The notes below the pieces were generated by a model. It was not told the origin of the DNA and did no database searches. It saw only the letters and a program-made list of their open reading frames with translations. A stretch of DNA of 48,305 nucleotides from the IMG/VR virus record IMGVR_UViG_3300032157_000017, positions 1-48,305 of that record. One strand, 5' to 3'. A program made the position numbers and the translations under genes. Shown here one piece after another: positions 7,360 through 15,028 of the stretch. The stretch is from a virus. Within the stretch, counting starts at the first letter, position 1. Each line of letters starts with the position of its first letter.

Positions 7360-7848
7360 ATGGCACGCAACGAACACGGCCCGTTGGGCAAGGCTTGGAC
7401 GGATATCGGCTCGGACGTCAATTGGTCCGAGTATGGCGGCCGCTGGGCGCGGCACATCGAGGGAACGCGCTACCACGTCATTCGATTCGAGAACTGCCGC
7501 GAGTGGGGTGACGGCGCAACCGGTTACCATTGCGACCTGCAAGAGATCACGCTCGACAATCCGCAGTTGGAACGCGCTCTAGAATCGTGCGGCGGCTCGG
7601 ACCTCGATGGGGAGAGCAAGGTCGAATGGGTCAAGGTCGACGCTCTATCGAGCTACGGGGCTTACGCGCCTCTGTGGCAACAGGCGGGGACCAACGCTCG
7701 CGAGCTACTGCGCGCCGCAAAACGGGAGTCCCGCACGCTCGAGCGTGATGCCGACGCGCATGAAGAGCGCATGAATCGCCCGGTCAACGCGATCGGCACG
7801 TCCGCCCGCAATTACGGCCTCGGACGCATCCTCGGCTCGGACGCCTGA
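7360..7848 (+). CDS. Hypothetical acidic protein (162 aa)
   Basis: Internal ATG (aa 22) of track ORF 7297..7848, preceded by the leader AGAAGAGAGACCGAAC-ATG. Confidence 0.7.
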   Translation: MARNEHGPLGKAWTDIGSDVNWSEYGGRWARHIEGTRYHVIRFENCREWGDGATGYHCDLQEITLDNPQLERALESCGGSDLDGESKVEWVKVDALSSYGAYAPLWQQAGTNARELLRAAKRESRTLERDADAHEERMNRPVNAIGTSARNYGLGRILGSDA

Positions 7849-7920
7849 TACCGGCCCGGCTCGCCACCGATGGTAGCAAGCCGCACCGGCAATCACGCCG
7901 CACAGAAGAGAGACCCGAAC

Positions 7921-8100
7921 ATGAGAGCAATCGACTTGGAACACGGCATGCGTGTGCATGCAGAGGCTGGCGCCGACAGTGAAAGCGGCGCCGTCCTGCA
8001 GATCGACCTCGATGAGGGACGCGCGCTCATTGGCTGGGACCAGGGTACCCAATCGTGGACCGACGCTAGCGCGCTCGAGCCAGAGGAGACTGAGTCATGA
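7921..8100 (+). CDS. Hypothetical protein (59 aa)
   Basis: Internal ATG of track ORF 7870..8100, preceded by the near-identical leader AGAAGAGAGACCCGAAC-ATG. Confidence 0.6.
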   Translation: MRAIDLEHGMRVHAEAGADSESGAVLQIDLDEGRALIGWDQGTQSWTDASALEPEETES

Positions 8101-8294
8101 ACTTTTTCACGATTCGCGGTCGTAAGCACCCGGTCACCGTATCCACCGTGTATGGCCATTGCCACTCAGCGAGTGTCACGGTTGCAGGCAAGGAATACAC
8201 GAGCAGAGACGTCCCGTTCGGCATGCGACACGTCGCGGTCGAGAACTTGCTCGACCGCGTGCAGAAAGACCACCCGACCGCCGCGTGGGATTGA
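8097..8294 (+). CDS. Hypothetical protein (65 aa)
   Basis: Track ORF with an ATGA overlap with the previous stop and natural composition. Confidence 0.6.
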   Translation: MNFFTIRGRKHPVTVSTVYGHCHSASVTVAGKEYTSRDVPFGMRHVAVENLLDRVQKDHPTAAWD

Positions 8295-8337
8295 CCCCCA
8301 CGCGCGCCCACGTCAACCCCTCACAGAAAGAAGACCC

Positions 8338-8493
8338 ATGACCCGTTTCATCGCAGGCATCGCCGTTACCATCGCCGTCCAGCTCATTGGGTGGCCCCGC
8401 ATCGAGTCCGCCATCCGCGCCGCTGGCACTGGTGCCCAGCGCGCCTACCACACCGCTGAGTCCGAGCTGCGTGCAAGCGAGGTGGGCAAGTGA
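8338..8493 (+). CDS. Small membrane-anchored protein (51 aa)
   Basis: Internal ATG of track ORF 8152..8493 preceded by AGAAAGAAGACCC-ATG. N-terminal helix FIAGIAVTIAVQLIGW. Confidence 0.55.
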   Translation: MTRFIAGIAVTIAVQLIGWPRIESAIRAAGTGAQRAYHTAESELRASEVGK

Positions 8494-8729
8494 CTGAGTG
8501 CGAGATCCGGGACTGCGGGAAAGCCGCATACCACACCGTCAACGGTGTGGCGTGTTGCAACCGTTGCGCGCGCGACTTCGAGTCGGTGGGCATGGGCGCC
8601 GTCCGTTTCGACGGGCGTTGGCACGGGGTAAAGGGCGCTCGGTACACTGCCGAGCAGTGCGCCCTATTCCCGGGCGTGGATGCCGGTCGCGGCCCGTCCG
8701 CCGATGATGGGGGCGAGGTGGACAAGTGA
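8490..8729 (+). CDS. Cys-rich (zinc-binding-like) protein (79 aa)
   Basis: Track ORF with GTG in a GTGA overlap (read). CEIRDCGKAAYHTVNGVACCNRCARDF. Confidence 0.6.
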   Translation: MTECEIRDCGKAAYHTVNGVACCNRCARDFESVGMGAVRFDGRWHGVKGARYTAEQCALFPGVDAGRGPSADDGGEVDK

Positions 8730-8932
8730 AGCGCGCGGTTCGGCTGATAGAGGGCGTGCCGTACACGCGCTTCACGGTCCGTTACACGTTGGTCACCGGC
8801 CAACGTCGCCGCATGACGCGCTGGTCTCCTGGTTATCCGTGGGTCCGAGAAGAGGTCGCTCGCGAGCTATGCGCGCGCTTCGACCTCGATGGTATCAAGC
8901 CAGGCTCTGTCACGATCAACCCCGCGCCTTGA
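8726..8932 (+). CDS. Hypothetical protein (68 aa)
   Basis: Track ORF with GTG in a GTGA overlap (read). Confidence 0.6.
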   Translation: MKRAVRLIEGVPYTRFTVRYTLVTGQRRRMTRWSPGYPWVREEVARELCARFDLDGIKPGSVTINPAP

Positions 8933-9009
8933 CCATCACTCCGCGCCGCACTCTCACGGGGTACGGCGCGGGGATGACGGCCAATGGCCACAACCAAGGA
9001 ACCGAACAC

Positions 9010-9168
9010 ATGGGCACTTCCAAGACACGTCAGACGATCGCCACCGCTTACGCCGCTCTCGAGCGGGCCGCCGACGAGAACGGCATCGATGCGTGCAACC
9101 TATTGCGCAAGGCCACCGACGCGGCCGCGTCGCTAGACTACCTGAACGATATCGTGGGCGGCGCGTGA
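9010..9168 (+). CDS. Hypothetical protein (52 aa; alternative start ATG 8974)
   Basis: Real-looking tail of track ORF 8680..9168 (MGTSKTRQTIATAYAALERAADENGIDACNLL...). AAGGA lies 9 nt upstream within the leader AAGGAACCGAACAC-ATG. Confidence 0.55.
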   Translation: MGTSKTRQTIATAYAALERAADENGIDACNLLRKATDAAASLDYLNDIVGGA

Positions 9169-9311
9169 CTCTGCTGGTGCTGGCGGTCCTCTGTCTGTTT
9201 GCGGCGCTCCTGGTGCCAGTCGCCTTCTGTTTGCTGGCGGCCGCGCTCGAGTTCGTCGCCCGCTTCTGGCCGCTGCTGCTCGCCCTGTGGCTGCTCGTGA
9301 GGTGCATGTGA
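9165..9311 (+). CDS. Small double-pass membrane protein (48 aa)
   Basis: GTG 9165 in a GTGA overlap (read). TLLVLAVLCLFAALLVPVAFCLLAAALEFVARFWPLLLALWLLV. Confidence 0.55.
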   Translation: MTLLVLAVLCLFAALLVPVAFCLLAAALEFVARFWPLLLALWLLVRCM

Positions 9312-9700
9312 GCCGCTGCCCCTGGTGTCAGGCTGGGGTCGCGCCCGGGGCGACGGCACCCCGCCCTGCTGGGCAGTACTGCGCCGCCCACGCAGCGCCG
9401 CCACGCAACCCCGAGCCCTCGCCTCGGCAGGCGGACGTCGTCGCGGCCGTGCGAGAGCTGACGGCCGCTGGTGAGCCTGCGAGCGCCTCTGCGATCGCGC
9501 GCCGCCTCGGTATCAGTCGCCAGCTGGCCAGTCGCCAGCTCGGGGCTCTGGAGCGCAAGGGCATCCTTGCAGACGTCCCCAAGGTCGTCCGTTCGGGCAC
9601 GTGGGCAGAGGTCAAGCGCTCGAATGAGACGCCCGAGCGGGCGGCGCGCGTTGCGGCGCGCGTCGCCGCCGCTCTCGAGTCACCCGACGAGCCGCTGTAG
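9308..9700 (+). CDS. DNA-binding protein with an N-terminal Cys/His cluster and a winged-helix (MarR-like) domain (130 aa)
   Basis: GTG 9308 in a GTGA overlap (read; the track start 9287 is also a GTG). CPWC...C..H, then VVAAVRELTAAGEPASASAIARRLGISRQLASRQLGALERKGIL. Confidence 0.6.
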   Translation: MSRCPWCQAGVAPGATAPRPAGQYCAAHAAPPRNPEPSPRQADVVAAVRELTAAGEPASASAIARRLGISRQLASRQLGALERKGILADVPKVVRSGTWAEVKRSNETPERAARVAARVAAALESPDEPL

Positions 9701-9701
9701 C

Positions 9702-10130
9702 TCAGAACGGAATGTCGTCACCGTCGAACGACTCGGCGGGCCCATCCTCGGGCTCGCCGCGGCCGTTTCTGGAGCTGCGTGCGCTGCCCTTGCCGCCGCC
9801 AGCGCTGCCGTTCACGATGACATCGTTCGCGACGACCTCGGTCTTGTAGCGCTTGACCCCCTCGCGGTCTTCATAGCTCGAGGTGCGTAGGCCCCCCTCG
9901 ATGAAGACCCGATCGCCCTTGCGCACGAGCTTGCCGAGCGCCTCCGCGCGCTTGCCCCAGACGACCACCGTGTGCCACTCGGTGCGCTCCTTACGCTCCT
10001 TGCCCTTATCCAGATAGGTCTCTGTCGTGGCCAGGCGCATGTTGAGCACGGCCTGCCCGCCCGCCGTCATGCGTAGCTCCGGATCGGCGCCGAGGTTTCC
10101 GAGTAGCATCACACGGTTGAGTCCGTTCAT
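9702..10130 (-). CDS. ssb: Single-stranded DNA-binding protein
   Basis: 142 aa from the internal ATG 10130 (AAGGAG upstream). OB-fold signature NRVMLLGNLGADPELR...TEWHTVVVWGKRAE, a Gly-rich linker and an acidic tail DGDDIPF. Confidence 0.9.
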   Translation of the reverse strand: MNGLNRVMLLGNLGADPELRMTAGGQAVLNMRLATTETYLDKGKERKERTEWHTVVVWGKRAEALGKLVRKGDRVFIEGGLRTSSYEDREGVKRYKTEVVANDVIVNGSAGGGKGSARSSRNGRGEPEDGPAESFDGDDIPF

Positions 10131-10143
10131 CGGTGGTATCTCC

Positions 10144-10347
10144 TTACGCAGCTTTGGGTGGCTCGGGCGTTGGCTCGTGCCACATGCGCATGTAGATACC
10201 AGGAACCGCGTCGCATGGGCTCTGGCAGAGGTAGCAGGGCTGCCAGCGCTCACCCGGGGCGAGCGCCGTCACGCGCACCGGCTCTCGCTCGGGACCGTTC
10301 AGCTTGCGAAAGCAGCCGATACAACACGTGCTGTTTTGCCAGCTCAC
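10144..10347 (-). CDS. Cys-rich small protein (67 aa)
   Basis: GTG 10347 in a GTGA overlap (read). STCCIGCFRK...CYLCQSPC. Confidence 0.55.
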   Translation of the reverse strand: MSWQNSTCCIGCFRKLNGPEREPVRVTALAPGERWQPCYLCQSPCDAVPGIYMRMWHEPTPEPPKAA

Positions 10348-10787
10348 TCGCTCTCCTGGGGCATGGGCATGAGCCCCAGTTTCCGCAGCGCCCAGCCTGC
10401 TTGGTTCAACGAGAGCCTGCGGTCCGTTGCCGAGTCGAGCCACGCCAGGAGCGAGCGGGCGTCGTCGCTGTCCGCGAGATAGCCCGCCCCGGTGTCGAGC
10501 CCCGCGGCAATGAACGTACGCCCCGCGTCCCACTCGAGCCACTTCAGATCGGGCGGGCTCACACACGATGCGATCCATCGCTGGATGTGCCTCGCCGCGT
10601 CCTCTATTGCCTCGATGTAGGCAGGCGGGAAGCCCTCACCACTCGCGGCTCTGCGCTCGCCTTCCTTGTAGAGGGGATGTTCGGTGATGCTAGCGGGTAG
10701 TGCGCTACCGAACGAATAGCTCTGTCCCATCGTGTCCTGCCCGCGTCGCGCCTGGCTCGCTGCCTTGCGCCGGTCGTGGCGGTTCAT
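10344..10787 (-). CDS. Hypothetical protein (147 aa)
   Basis: Internal ATG (aa 53) of track ORF 10344..10943 in an ATGA overlap with the upstream stop. Natural composition after this ATG, R-rich off-frame-type sequence before it. Confidence 0.65.
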   Translation of the reverse strand: MNRHDRRKAASQARRGQDTMGQSYSFGSALPASITEHPLYKEGERRAASGEGFPPAYIEAIEDAARHIQRWIASCVSPPDLKWLEWDAGRTFIAAGLDTGAGYLADSDDARSLLAWLDSATDRRLSLNQAGWALRKLGLMPMPQESE

Positions 10788-11242
10788 GAGTCCGCCTCCG
10801 CGGAGAACCGATACTCGTCGCCGCGCGCGTCGCCGATGGGATTGGGGAATCCGAACTCGAGAGCGACGGCCTTGAATCGTGGCAAGCCGTATTGGGCATA
10901 GGTGCGATCGTCCGCGAGAGGCGACTCCAGAACCCAGAGCCACATGCCGACGACATGAAACATGAGGTCGGCAGAGATGCCGCGCTTATTCAGCGCTTTC
11001 TCGAACCCGAATGCGACGTCGCGCCCGAGTTGCTCGATGAGAGCTTCCCGCGTCCATGGATCGGGCTCGCGCGTAATGCGCATGCCGTCTGACGACCCGA
11101 CGCCGATGCGGGGCCACTCCTCTGTCGGCACCCACGCGGCGAGCCGCATGACCTCGCGCCCATCGAGGCAGGGGTAGCCCCATGGGTATTCCGCCCCGCC
11201 GGCAGCCTCGATCGCCGCTACGACATCAGCGAGCGCTTTCAT
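10784..11242 (-). CDS. Hypothetical protein (152 aa)
   Basis: Internal ATG (aa 55) of track ORF 10784..11404 in an ATGA overlap. MKALADVVAAIEAAGGAEYPWGYPCLDGREVMRL... Confidence 0.65.
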   Translation of the reverse strand: MKALADVVAAIEAAGGAEYPWGYPCLDGREVMRLAAWVPTEEWPRIGVGSSDGMRITREPDPWTREALIEQLGRDVAFGFEKALNKRGISADLMFHVVGMWLWVLESPLADDRTYAQYGLPRFKAVALEFGFPNPIGDARGDEYRFSAEADS

Positions 11243-11640
11243 TCGGGTTCCTCCGTGCTCGGATGCTCGATGACGGCGTCCGGCGTGAAGCCGTCGGGGA
11301 AGAGCTCGACCATCTTCAACGCGAGGTCTGCGTTGTCGTCGCCGACGAATAAGCAGATGTGCGGGTAGTGCACGCCGCTGCGGTCGATGAAGCCCGGCAG
11401 GCACACGCGCTCGCCAGCATTGAGCCTGTCGAGTATCGACTCCGCGCTTCGCTTCTTCTTCGCTGCCATCGGTTCAGGCCTCGGCTCGGGCAGCGGTTGT
11501 GGGTTCAGGTCGACGTGAGAGCGATCGGGCTCTGGCTCGGCGGGCTTGTTGCGCCGGACGACGCCGGGGTGGATGCGGACTAGCTTCGGAGGCTGCTCGC
11601 GCAGCGCATTGAGCGGGATGAAGTTCCCTGCGGTGGTCAT
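11239..11640 (-). CDS. Hypothetical protein (133 aa)
   Basis: Track ORF with natural composition. Confidence 0.65.
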   Translation of the reverse strand: MTTAGNFIPLNALREQPPKLVRIHPGVVRRNKPAEPEPDRSHVDLNPQPLPEPRPEPMAAKKKRSAESILDRLNAGERVCLPGFIDRSGVHYPHICLFVGDDNADLALKMVELFPDGFTPDAVIEHPSTEEPE

Positions 11641-11663
11641 TCACGGTGTTCCTTCGATTCGGG

Positions 11664-11861
11664 TTAGGAGTCTGGGTCTGGGATGGTGACGCTCGGCACC
11701 GAGCGCGTGATGATGAGCTGGTCGCCCTCGACGCGGAAGTACCAGCTCGCCCCCGCGAGGATGTGTCGCGCGGGCAAGAGCTGCGCGAGCGCGGTCGAGA
11801 GCGCGATGTCGAAGTCGTCGTCGTCCGTGCGCTGCGTGCGCCGGCGGCGTGCGTTGGCCAT
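11664..11861 (-). CDS. Hypothetical protein (65 aa), weakly AbrB/SpoVT-like
   Basis: Track ORF. The ...WYFRVEGDQLIITRSVP... segment resembles the swapped-hairpin pattern. This is an impression only. Confidence 0.5.
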   Translation of the reverse strand: MANARRRRTQRTDDDDFDIALSTALAQLLPARHILAGASWYFRVEGDQLIITRSVPSVTIPDPDS

Positions 11862-12002
11862 TCAGCTACCTCCGAAGAGAGCGCGCAGGGCTCGCGCGGT
11901 GTCCGTGCTCAGCCACTCGATGTGGCGCGAGACGAGCGTCATGGGCAGGAGCATGTGAGCCGCGTAGAGAGTGCGGAGCGCGAGTCGTTCGAGCATGTTC
12001 AT
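11862..12002 (-). CDS. Hypothetical small protein (46 aa)
   Basis: Tail of track ORF 11862..12386 from the internal ATG 12002 (ATGA overlap). MNMLERLALRTLYAAHMLLPMTLVSRHIEW... Confidence 0.45.
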   Translation of the reverse strand: MNMLERLALRTLYAAHMLLPMTLVSRHIEWLSTDTARALRALFGGS

Positions 12003-12235
12003 GTGGAGTCCTCCGGCTCCCGAGTGTCGGGGAGCGCGCCGTCGTTGGCAATCTCGACGGCGAGCTTCTGTGTGATGAGCTCTTCGGCGAGCGCCGTCAT
12101 GAGCCGATTGATGCCCTCTTGGCTGAGTGCGAGCCGGCAGCCGAGCGCGTCGAGCCGCTCGCACACGGCGACGAGATCGGGGTAGTTGTCCGCGCCGACG
12201 GCCGAGCGCAGCAGAGCCCGGTCGGCGGCGCTCAT
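11999..12235 (-). CDS. Hypothetical protein (78 aa)
   Basis: Tail of track ORF 11999..12523 from the internal ATG 12235 (ATGA overlap). MSAADRALLRSAVGADNYPDLVAVCERLDALG... Confidence 0.6.
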   Translation of the reverse strand: MSAADRALLRSAVGADNYPDLVAVCERLDALGCRLALSQEGINRLMTALAEELITQKLAVEIANDGALPDTREPEDST

Positions 12236-12564
12236 TCGTCCACCTTCTGGGTGTAGCCGCCGAGCACGTCGGGCACGGCGTTGTCCTTGCAGTACTGCTC
12301 GAGCTCGGCCGCGACGCGGCGCAAGTCCTCTGCCTCCTTGCGCAGCACGGGTCCGAGCGCGGGGTTGAACCGGTGAGCGATGGCACCGGGTGAGAACGTG
12401 ATACCCCTCGAGGTGCGGATACGCTGTCGCACGCTGACGAGCGCGAAGTCGTAGCCCATCTCGTTCAGCGTCGTCACGAACGCGGAGACGAGCTCGCTCG
12501 CGGCCGCTTGTATCCCCGCGCACTCGGGCGGCTCGGCGGGGTCTTCATCATGCTTGAACATCAC
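12232..12564 (-). CDS. Hypothetical protein (110 aa), possible paralog of 12561..12929
   Basis: Track ORF. Shares DP.EPP ... F..L...G.D ... PGA ... GPV ... L.EQ spacing with the upstream neighbour. Confidence 0.65.
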   Translation of the reverse strand: MMFKHDEDPAEPPECAGIQAAASELVSAFVTTLNEMGYDFALVSVRQRIRTSRGITFSPGAIAHRFNPALGPVLRKEAEDLRRVAAELEQYCKDNAVPDVLGGYTQKVDE

Positions 12565-12929
12565 TGTCCCCCGTCACTACCTGGCCATCGGCTACCGCCC
12601 GAAGCGTGGTCGGTCTGGTCTTGGATGTAGCCGCTCGAGTACTCTCCGACCTGCTGCTCGTCGAGCATGTCGGCTTGCTTGCGCATCACGTCCGCGAGCT
12701 GCGCGGCGACCGGGCCGCAGCGCGTGCGGTCGATGAGGGTGGCGGTCGCGCCCGGGGCTCGCCAGTCGCCGGGGGCGACTTCGATTGCGCGCGTGAGGGA
12801 GATGATGATCGCATCCCAGCCGCGAGACTGCAGAAAGGTCGAGACGCGCTGCACCTCGCGCTGCGCCTCGCCGAGCACGGCTCTGACGGCGGGGGGTTCG
12901 GGGTCGTTTTCGCTATCGGGTGTTGTCAT
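12561..12929 (-). CDS. Hypothetical protein (122 aa)
   Basis: Track ORF with an ATGA-type overlap with the downstream gene. Confidence 0.65.
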   Translation of the reverse strand: MTTPDSENDPEPPAVRAVLGEAQREVQRVSTFLQSRGWDAIIISLTRAIEVAPGDWRAPGATATLIDRTRCGPVAAQLADVMRKQADMLDEQQVGEYSSGYIQDQTDHASGGSRWPGSDGGQ

Positions 12930-13326
12930 CGTTCGGTCCTTTCGGTGGCTCGCCGGCGGGGTATCTCCCCGTCTGACGTTTCTGGAGCTCTTCGGTCGCG
13001 GCGTCGTCGTCGCGCCAGTCGGTGGCGTTCAGCGTGGGGGCGCGCGGAGGCAGCGGCGGGGGCACGAGAGGCGGAGGCTCGACGGGCTCGGTCGCCCCGA
13101 ACTGCAGCTCCCTCGCCCACGTGGCCTTGCGGTCCTTGTGGAGGTTGCCGAGCTTGAGATCGAGCCGAGCGAGCCAGTGGTCGTGCTTTTCGAGGTGGCG
13201 TCCGAGCCGGTTGATCGACAGCACGATCGCGGCGAGGAGCAGGGCGAGGGCGAGAAATGGGGCGAAATGTCGGAGCCAGGAGAGGAGCTGTTCCACCGCT
13301 TCATTATACAGCCCCCCCCGAGCCAT
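12913..13326 (-). CDS. Single-pass membrane protein with a Pro-rich C-terminal part (137 aa)
   Basis: Track ORF with helix FAPFLALALLLAAIVLSI. Confidence 0.65.
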   Translation of the reverse strand: MARGGLYNEAVEQLLSWLRHFAPFLALALLLAAIVLSINRLGRHLEKHDHWLARLDLKLGNLHKDRKATWARELQFGATEPVEPPPLVPPPLPPRAPTLNATDWRDDDAATEELQKRQTGRYPAGEPPKGPNDDNTR

Positions 13327-13490
13327 CAGATACCGACGGCCCCGGTGATGGGGTCCCTGTGACGGAAGTCGGGCAGCGGCTCACCCGACAGGCACGTGAT
13401 GGCGCGGAGTAGCTCGCTCATCGCGAGCTCGATGGCGGCCTCGCGAGGCGGCAGCTCGCCGAAGGCGAGCGGGGCGACCTGTGTCTTCAC
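13326..13490 (-). CDS. Hypothetical small protein (54 aa), not in the ORF track
   Basis: I translated the minus strand from GTG 13490 (GTGA overlap with stop 13487-13489): MKTQVAPLAFGELPPREAAIELAMSELLRAITCLSGEPLPDFRHRDPITGAVGI*. Its stop overlaps the ATG at 13326 (TGATG). It fills an otherwise empty 160-nt gap. Confidence 0.5.
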   Translation of the reverse strand: MKTQVAPLAFGELPPREAAIELAMSELLRAITCLSGEPLPDFRHRDPITGAVGI

Positions 13491-13852
13491 GCTCCGCCCC
13501 CTCTCTTCTGGCGCTCGCGCTGCTGGCGGATGAGACGAGCGTGGAGCTGTAGCCGGTGAGCTTCCATCTCACGGTTGAGGCAGACCATGAGCCGCTCGTC
13601 GTCGGGGGTCATCTCGTTCTCGTCACTGACTTCGTGCATGAGCGTCTCGAGGACGGCGAAGGCGCCGGCGAAGAAGGCGTCGCGGGTCTCGCGGCGCTGG
13701 TCGGGGCCAGCGCCTGCCGGCACGCAGAGCCGCTCGAATTGCTGGTAGTTCTCCTCGATGTAGAGGCGGCCCTTGGGGGGCTCGTCGCTGCAGATGAGCA
13801 GGCCCTGGAAGCCCTGGCCGCCGCAGCGGGGGCAGTTGTTCCAGCCCTTCAC
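13487..13852 (-). CDS. Hypothetical protein with an N-terminal CxxC motif (121 aa)
   Basis: GTG 13852 in a GTGA overlap (read). KGWNNCPRCGGQGFQGLLICSD... Confidence 0.6.
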   Translation of the reverse strand: MKGWNNCPRCGGQGFQGLLICSDEPPKGRLYIEENYQQFERLCVPAGAGPDQRRETRDAFFAGAFAVLETLMHEVSDENEMTPDDERLMVCLNREMEAHRLQLHARLIRQQRERQKRGGGA

Positions 13853-14067
13853 GAGAGGGCTCCTCTCGACTTGCAGCACTCGCACTCGGGCGGGTGCGCC
13901 ATGAAGCGGGCGAGATCGGCGGGGGTGAGACGCATGAGCCTGTCGTGGGTCTTGCACCAGATAGTCAGCCCGCGGCTATCGAGATAGACCTCGAGGCGAG
14001 GGGCCACGCGGGCCGTGGCGCAGCAGCGCCCGCTCGGGATGAGCGCGTTCGGTTCGGCGTCGTTCAT
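13849..14067 (-). CDS. Cys-rich small protein (72 aa)
   Basis: Internal ATG 14067 (ATGA overlap). ...GRCCATARV...WCKTHD...HPPECECC. Confidence 0.55.
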   Translation of the reverse strand: MNDAEPNALIPSGRCCATARVAPRLEVYLDSRGLTIWCKTHDRLMRLTPADLARFMAHPPECECCKSRGALS

Positions 14068-14405
14068 GCGTTCCCCGAGGGCAGCGCGGCCATGAGTTCG
14101 AGATCGCGAGCGACCTCGCGAAGCCTCTCGGCGAGCTTGGGCCAAGTGGTTTTCGAGTAGCCGTTACCGTCACCGTTGAGGACGGCCATGGCGAGGGGCA
14201 CGAGCTTGCCGTCGGGGCCTATCCCGAGGGCGCCGCCGACGATGACGACGGAGCGAAAGGGGGTGAGGATGCCGGGCTCGTTCTCGTCGCCGCGTTCGGG
14301 GCGACCGAAGATGATAATGTTGCTCTGCCGGTTGAGCAGAGCGAGCATGTCGTCTAGGGTGACGTCGGGGCGGGGTTCGAGGTCGTCGGGTATGGGCAGG
14401 GTCAC
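14064..14405 (-). CDS. Hypothetical protein (113 aa), tandem paralog of 14402..14722
   Basis: Track ORF, alignable with its neighbour: VT..D...LL ... R.VV.VG ... G.DG.L.P.A ... KLA.RLR..A..LE. Confidence 0.7.
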   Translation of the reverse strand: MTLPIPDDLEPRPDVTLDDMLALLNRQSNIIIFGRPERGDENEPGILTPFRSVVIVGGALGIGPDGKLVPLAMAVLNGDGNGYSKTTWPKLAERLREVARDLELMAALPSGNA

Positions 14406-14722
14406 GGCGCCTCCTTTTCGAGGCCATCGGCGATCATGCGCAGGCGCTGGGCGAGCTTGCGGAGGCAGCCGCGCGAGATTTCGTTGCCATCGGTGAGCGA
14501 GGCGCCGAAGGCGACCGGCAGCGGGCCATCGTCACCGACCACGAACGAGGCCCCGACCAGCACGACGGCGCGGAGGGCGGAGGCCTGTCTGGATTCGCCG
14601 GGGATGGTGACGCCGATGAGCTGCCGGGCGTGTTCGGAGAGCAGCTCGACCAGGTCGGATTGCGTGACGCCGGGCGCGACGGAGACGCCGGGAGGGAGGA
14701 CGGGGCCCATGGTGTCGTTCAT
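14402..14722 (-). CDS. Hypothetical protein (106 aa), tandem paralog of 14064..14405
   Basis: Track ORF with an ATGA overlap. See the paralog alignment for 14064..14405. Confidence 0.7.
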   Translation of the reverse strand: MNDTMGPVLPPGVSVAPGVTQSDLVELLSEHARQLIGVTIPGESRQASALRAVVLVGASFVVGDDGPLPVAFGASLTDGNEISRGCLRKLAQRLRMIADGLEKEAP

Positions 14723-14970
14723 TTCGAGGCCCTGCCTTTTGCGGTGAGTCTCGGGCGGATGATGGTGACGGGTTTCATCGATAGGTGACCTTTGGCTTGG
14801 AACTGACGGATGAATTGATGGGCGGAGGAGTGGCTCTTGCCGAGGGCTTCGGCGAACTCTCTCACCGTGGGGCTCTCGCCGCCGTTTTTCTCACAGAGCT
14901 TGCGATAGATGTCGAGGGCGTGTTGTTGCGCGCTCGTGAGGTTCATGTTCGGGAGGGGTTCATTGGGCAT
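14719..14970 (-). CDS. LexA N-terminal-domain-like winged-helix repressor with no peptidase domain (83 aa); first gene of the leftward early operon
   Basis: LTSAQQHALDIYRKLCEKNGGESPTVREFAEALGKSHSSAHQFIRQFQAKGHL matches the LexA DNA-binding-domain pattern (LT.RQ..vl.fi....G.pPt.rEia..lG..S......hl..L..kG.i). AAGGA lies 7 nt upstream of the ATG. Confidence 0.7.
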   Translation of the reverse strand: MPNEPLPNMNLTSAQQHALDIYRKLCEKNGGESPTVREFAEALGKSHSSAHQFIRQFQAKGHLSMKPVTIIRPRLTAKGRASK

Positions 14971-14980
14971 GCAGGTATCC

Positions 14981-15028
14981 TTACTGATGTGGACAAGTCA
15001 TGCTAGAGTGAGACAAGTCAATATGCAA
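14981..15028. promoter_or_regulatory. Overlapping divergent sigma70-like promoters with two GACAAGTCA repeats (candidate lysis/lysogeny switch)
   Basis: Plus strand: TTACTG (14981-86)-N17-TAGAGT (15004-09). Minus strand: TTGCAT (15028-23)-N17-TAGCAT (15005-00). GACAAGTCA at 14992-15000 and 15012-15020. The region is locally AT-richer. Confidence 0.55.
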
